A stretch of DNA of 30,659 bases from positions 1 through 30,659 of the forward strand of contig JBFKJL010000001.1 of assembly GCA_041631795.1 (NCBI GenBank), given 5' to 3'. This DNA is from Saprospiraceae bacterium. Lineage in GTDB: Bacteria; Bacteroidota; Bacteroidia; Chitinophagales; Saprospiraceae. Below are positions 29,701-30,659 of this stretch, piece by piece; position 1 is the first letter of the stretch, and every line of letters begins with the position of its first letter. The position numbers and the translations under genes were made by a program. The notes under the pieces were generated by a model that was given only the letters and a program-made list of their open reading frames with translations, ran no database searches and was not told the origin of the DNA.

Positions 29701-30490
29701 ACCGATTGTCGCTGACATAGGCCAACCTCCCTTACCCGCATGTTTTGGCGGGTCTACCTGCCTTGGGGTGGATGGTGTCACAGGAGGAGTCCCCGGGAAT
29801 TACACCTTCAGCATCAATTTTGGAAACCGCTTCCCCATTGACACATGCATTGATGTCATTGCCGGCATGTACACCATTACGATTTTCGATGCTGCCGGGT
29901 GTTCATTCCAGGAAATGATCCAGGTGGAGCAACCTCCCCAACTGATTGTTGACCTGGGTACGGACATTTCGCTGGAACTTGGTGATACCAGTGCGGTTTT
30001 GACAGCGGACATCACAAGTGCGCTCGATATTTTCAGCATCGACTGGAATTCCAATGCGGGGTATTCCTGTATCGATCCCTTGTGCAGCATGATCTCCATA
30101 GCGCCCACAGGATTCTCCTCATATGCTGTTACTGTCACGGATGAAAATGGCTGTACAGCTGTGGATGACATCAATGTCGATGTCAAAGCCGAACGCAACA
30201 TTTTTGCCCCCAATGCCTTTTCTCCTAATGGCGACGGATACAACGACCGATTTATGCTCTTTACGGGAAAGGGCATAGTTCAAATCAACTTCCTCAATAT
30301 TTACGACAGGTGGGGCAACCTCGTATGGTCGGAAGAAAACATACCCGCATTCTCCGGTGACAACGCGGGTTGGGATGGTCGATATGGCGGCAGGGAAGCC
30401 CAACCAGGTGTCTATGTTTACTATGCTGAAGTATTATTCGTGGACAACCAGGTGATTGAATACAAAGGAGATATTACCCTCATCAGGTAA
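26741..30490 (+). CDS. Large T9SS type B (gliding motility-associated C-terminal domain) surface protein with cohesin-like N-terminus and SprB repeats
   Basis: Signal MRSLRLVFTVISLFLAFMVKG/Q, then a cohesin-like FCVAVTVENF, FEFTMTFDPSVLEF. About 11 SprB-like Cys-paired repeats follow (e.g. SGGTGPYTYSWS, VTMTDANGC), then one further Ig-like unit. The CTD from 30197 has PNAFSPNGDGYND, IYDRWG, WDG, PGVYVY and KGDITLIR. Confidence 0.93.
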   Translation: MRSLRLVFTVISLFLAFMVKGQDCDSIAMESAVTFEFITPSNISSGDNFCVAVTVENFIDVAVFEFTMTFDPSVLEFLQIIDAGSPLIGPIDANTTINENGLLVVIWTNLNAEGQTLDDGSQIFSICFTAVGEPNECSVLSMTDAFEPTFPGLEVGISTSIFNPICPDTLEFTPAEICLACNALSLSAFYCNSNTGNGSITVSACGGLLPYNLTITGPSTSASGTISNPEDTYTLDNLAAGFYTVVLTDGTGNSVQDDIFIDNVSPLSFDLVTVNPACNGGRGYILVENINFPNSDINWSTGAFGLDSLRLSEGSYSVTVTDENGCMAVQTTTIFTEPLTAQIQIDSASCQGGNDGVIQIAASGGTPFSDGSYIYQNQFQVPSYQDVSADEGFYPIRIVDANGCLFETDTIIPLQDSLLASVSVIDVPCYGDSTGSAVISMNLPGQYSFLPRDTSGNFYTDIFGVVSSNSLVYDNRLPAITLNIEIRDQIRGCETDATFTIDQAPELFFSGTSTDPTCLDQDGTIETTASGGTGPYTYSWSHDTTLVEGALDSLLSGTFDVTMTDANGCTESLQFQLNGDKVITVDAQIIDPLNCDGTGQGLLRANVTTSAANLSYTWLNAASIIIGTEQDLIVTSGGTYIIEVTDEDANCSVRDTVSIIPSGAFTFEVSATDPTCPGGIDGSISFVNIMGGVAPFTFNWSGFGEVGPVVTNLEAGDYAVLISDSDNCAIDTTVTLVDPDPISLVVQDIDGTSCFNGNDGQATAIAGNSPTGATDFFYFWSNSDDDDMGETDDAAALPSGQNYVIAFDGSCTSDTVYFNVPQPDQIQLDAANSLVSDPLCYDECTGTADLAASGGISATGVYAFTWENGADTETRNDLCEGLHYISIEDDNGCMEVDSIFLGQPDSLSLEIDPNLTSDLSCFGSNSGSIGVFASGGTGDLNDFSYIWSGNESTSNLAENLGAGMYSITVSDQNGCTATVTYELQSSTPIVADIGQPPLPACFGGSTCLGVDGVTGGVPGNYTFSINFGNRFPIDTCIDVIAGMYTITIFDAAGCSFQEMIQVEQPPQLIVDLGTDISLELGDTSAVLTADITSALDIFSIDWNSNAGYSCIDPLCSMISIAPTGFSSYAVTVTDENGCTAVDDINVDVKAERNIFAPNAFSPNGDGYNDRFMLFTGKGIVQINFLNIYDRWGNLVWSEENIPAFSGDNAGWDGRYGGREAQPGVYVYYAEVLFVDNQVIEYKGDITLIR

Positions 30491-30537
30491 GATCACAACC
30501 GCGTTCAGGTGAAATTTTCAAAGATTCCGTGTTTATA

Positions 30538-30659
30538 CTACCTCAAAATATTGAGGCTTCCCGATTTGAAATATTCTTCGTTGCCACAAGTATAGCTGAG
30601 GCGGTAGGCATACACCCCCGGGATCATTTTTTCACCTTTAAAATATCCATCCCATGTGG
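30538..30659 (-). CDS. 3' end of a second T9SS type B CTD protein (partial, starts beyond the window)
   Basis: The minus frame reads TWDGYFKGEKMIPGVYAYRLSYTCGNEEYFKSGSLNILR*, with the WDG, PGVY and terminal GxxxxLR pattern of type B CTDs. Not in the ORF track. Confidence 0.85.
   Translation of the reverse strand, partial: TWDGYFKGEKMIPGVYAYRLSYTCGNEEYFKSGSLNILR

Noticed and set aside
26741-30196. DNA-level tandem repeats or CRISPR-like array in the SprB-repeat gene
   Set aside because: The repeats are diverged and visible only at protein level. No identical repeat-spacer structure was seen here or elsewhere in the window.

Overview
A gene-dense, mostly housekeeping segment of a Bacteroidota chromosome. 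The phylum call rests on T9SS sorting domains, TAnnTTTG-type promoter elements, signal peptides followed by Gln and a G-start tmRNA tag. The cohesin/SprB-repeat protein suggests a Saprospiraceae-like lineage (inference). Left to right: tmRNA (ssrA, minus strand); SIMPL protein and purC; rhodanese; a minus-strand run of ABC exporter, beta-barrel OMP, murB, trkA and trkH; DUF1572; a TPR/TonB-C-like protein; miaB, sigma54-type AAA+ activator, lptE, Lys-rich protein, secG, groES and groEL; a minus-strand run of fabH, efp, accB, accC, MsbA-like ABC and a T9SS type A cargo; a thioredoxin-SPOR fusion and hutI; a large cohesin/SprB-repeat T9SS type B protein; and the 3' end of a second type B protein. 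I saw no mobile element, CRISPR array or defence island. The best lead is a shared upstream layout (TGACA-N3-TGACA, then TTTGACTGA, then TGGCAC) in front of both groES and the TPR/TonB-like gene. These two genes flank an operon encoding a receiver-less sigma54 activator, so this is a candidate sigma54-dependent chaperone/envelope regulon. It comes from motif reading by eye and is untested. Many ORF-track starts are upstream over-extensions; I give refined starts.
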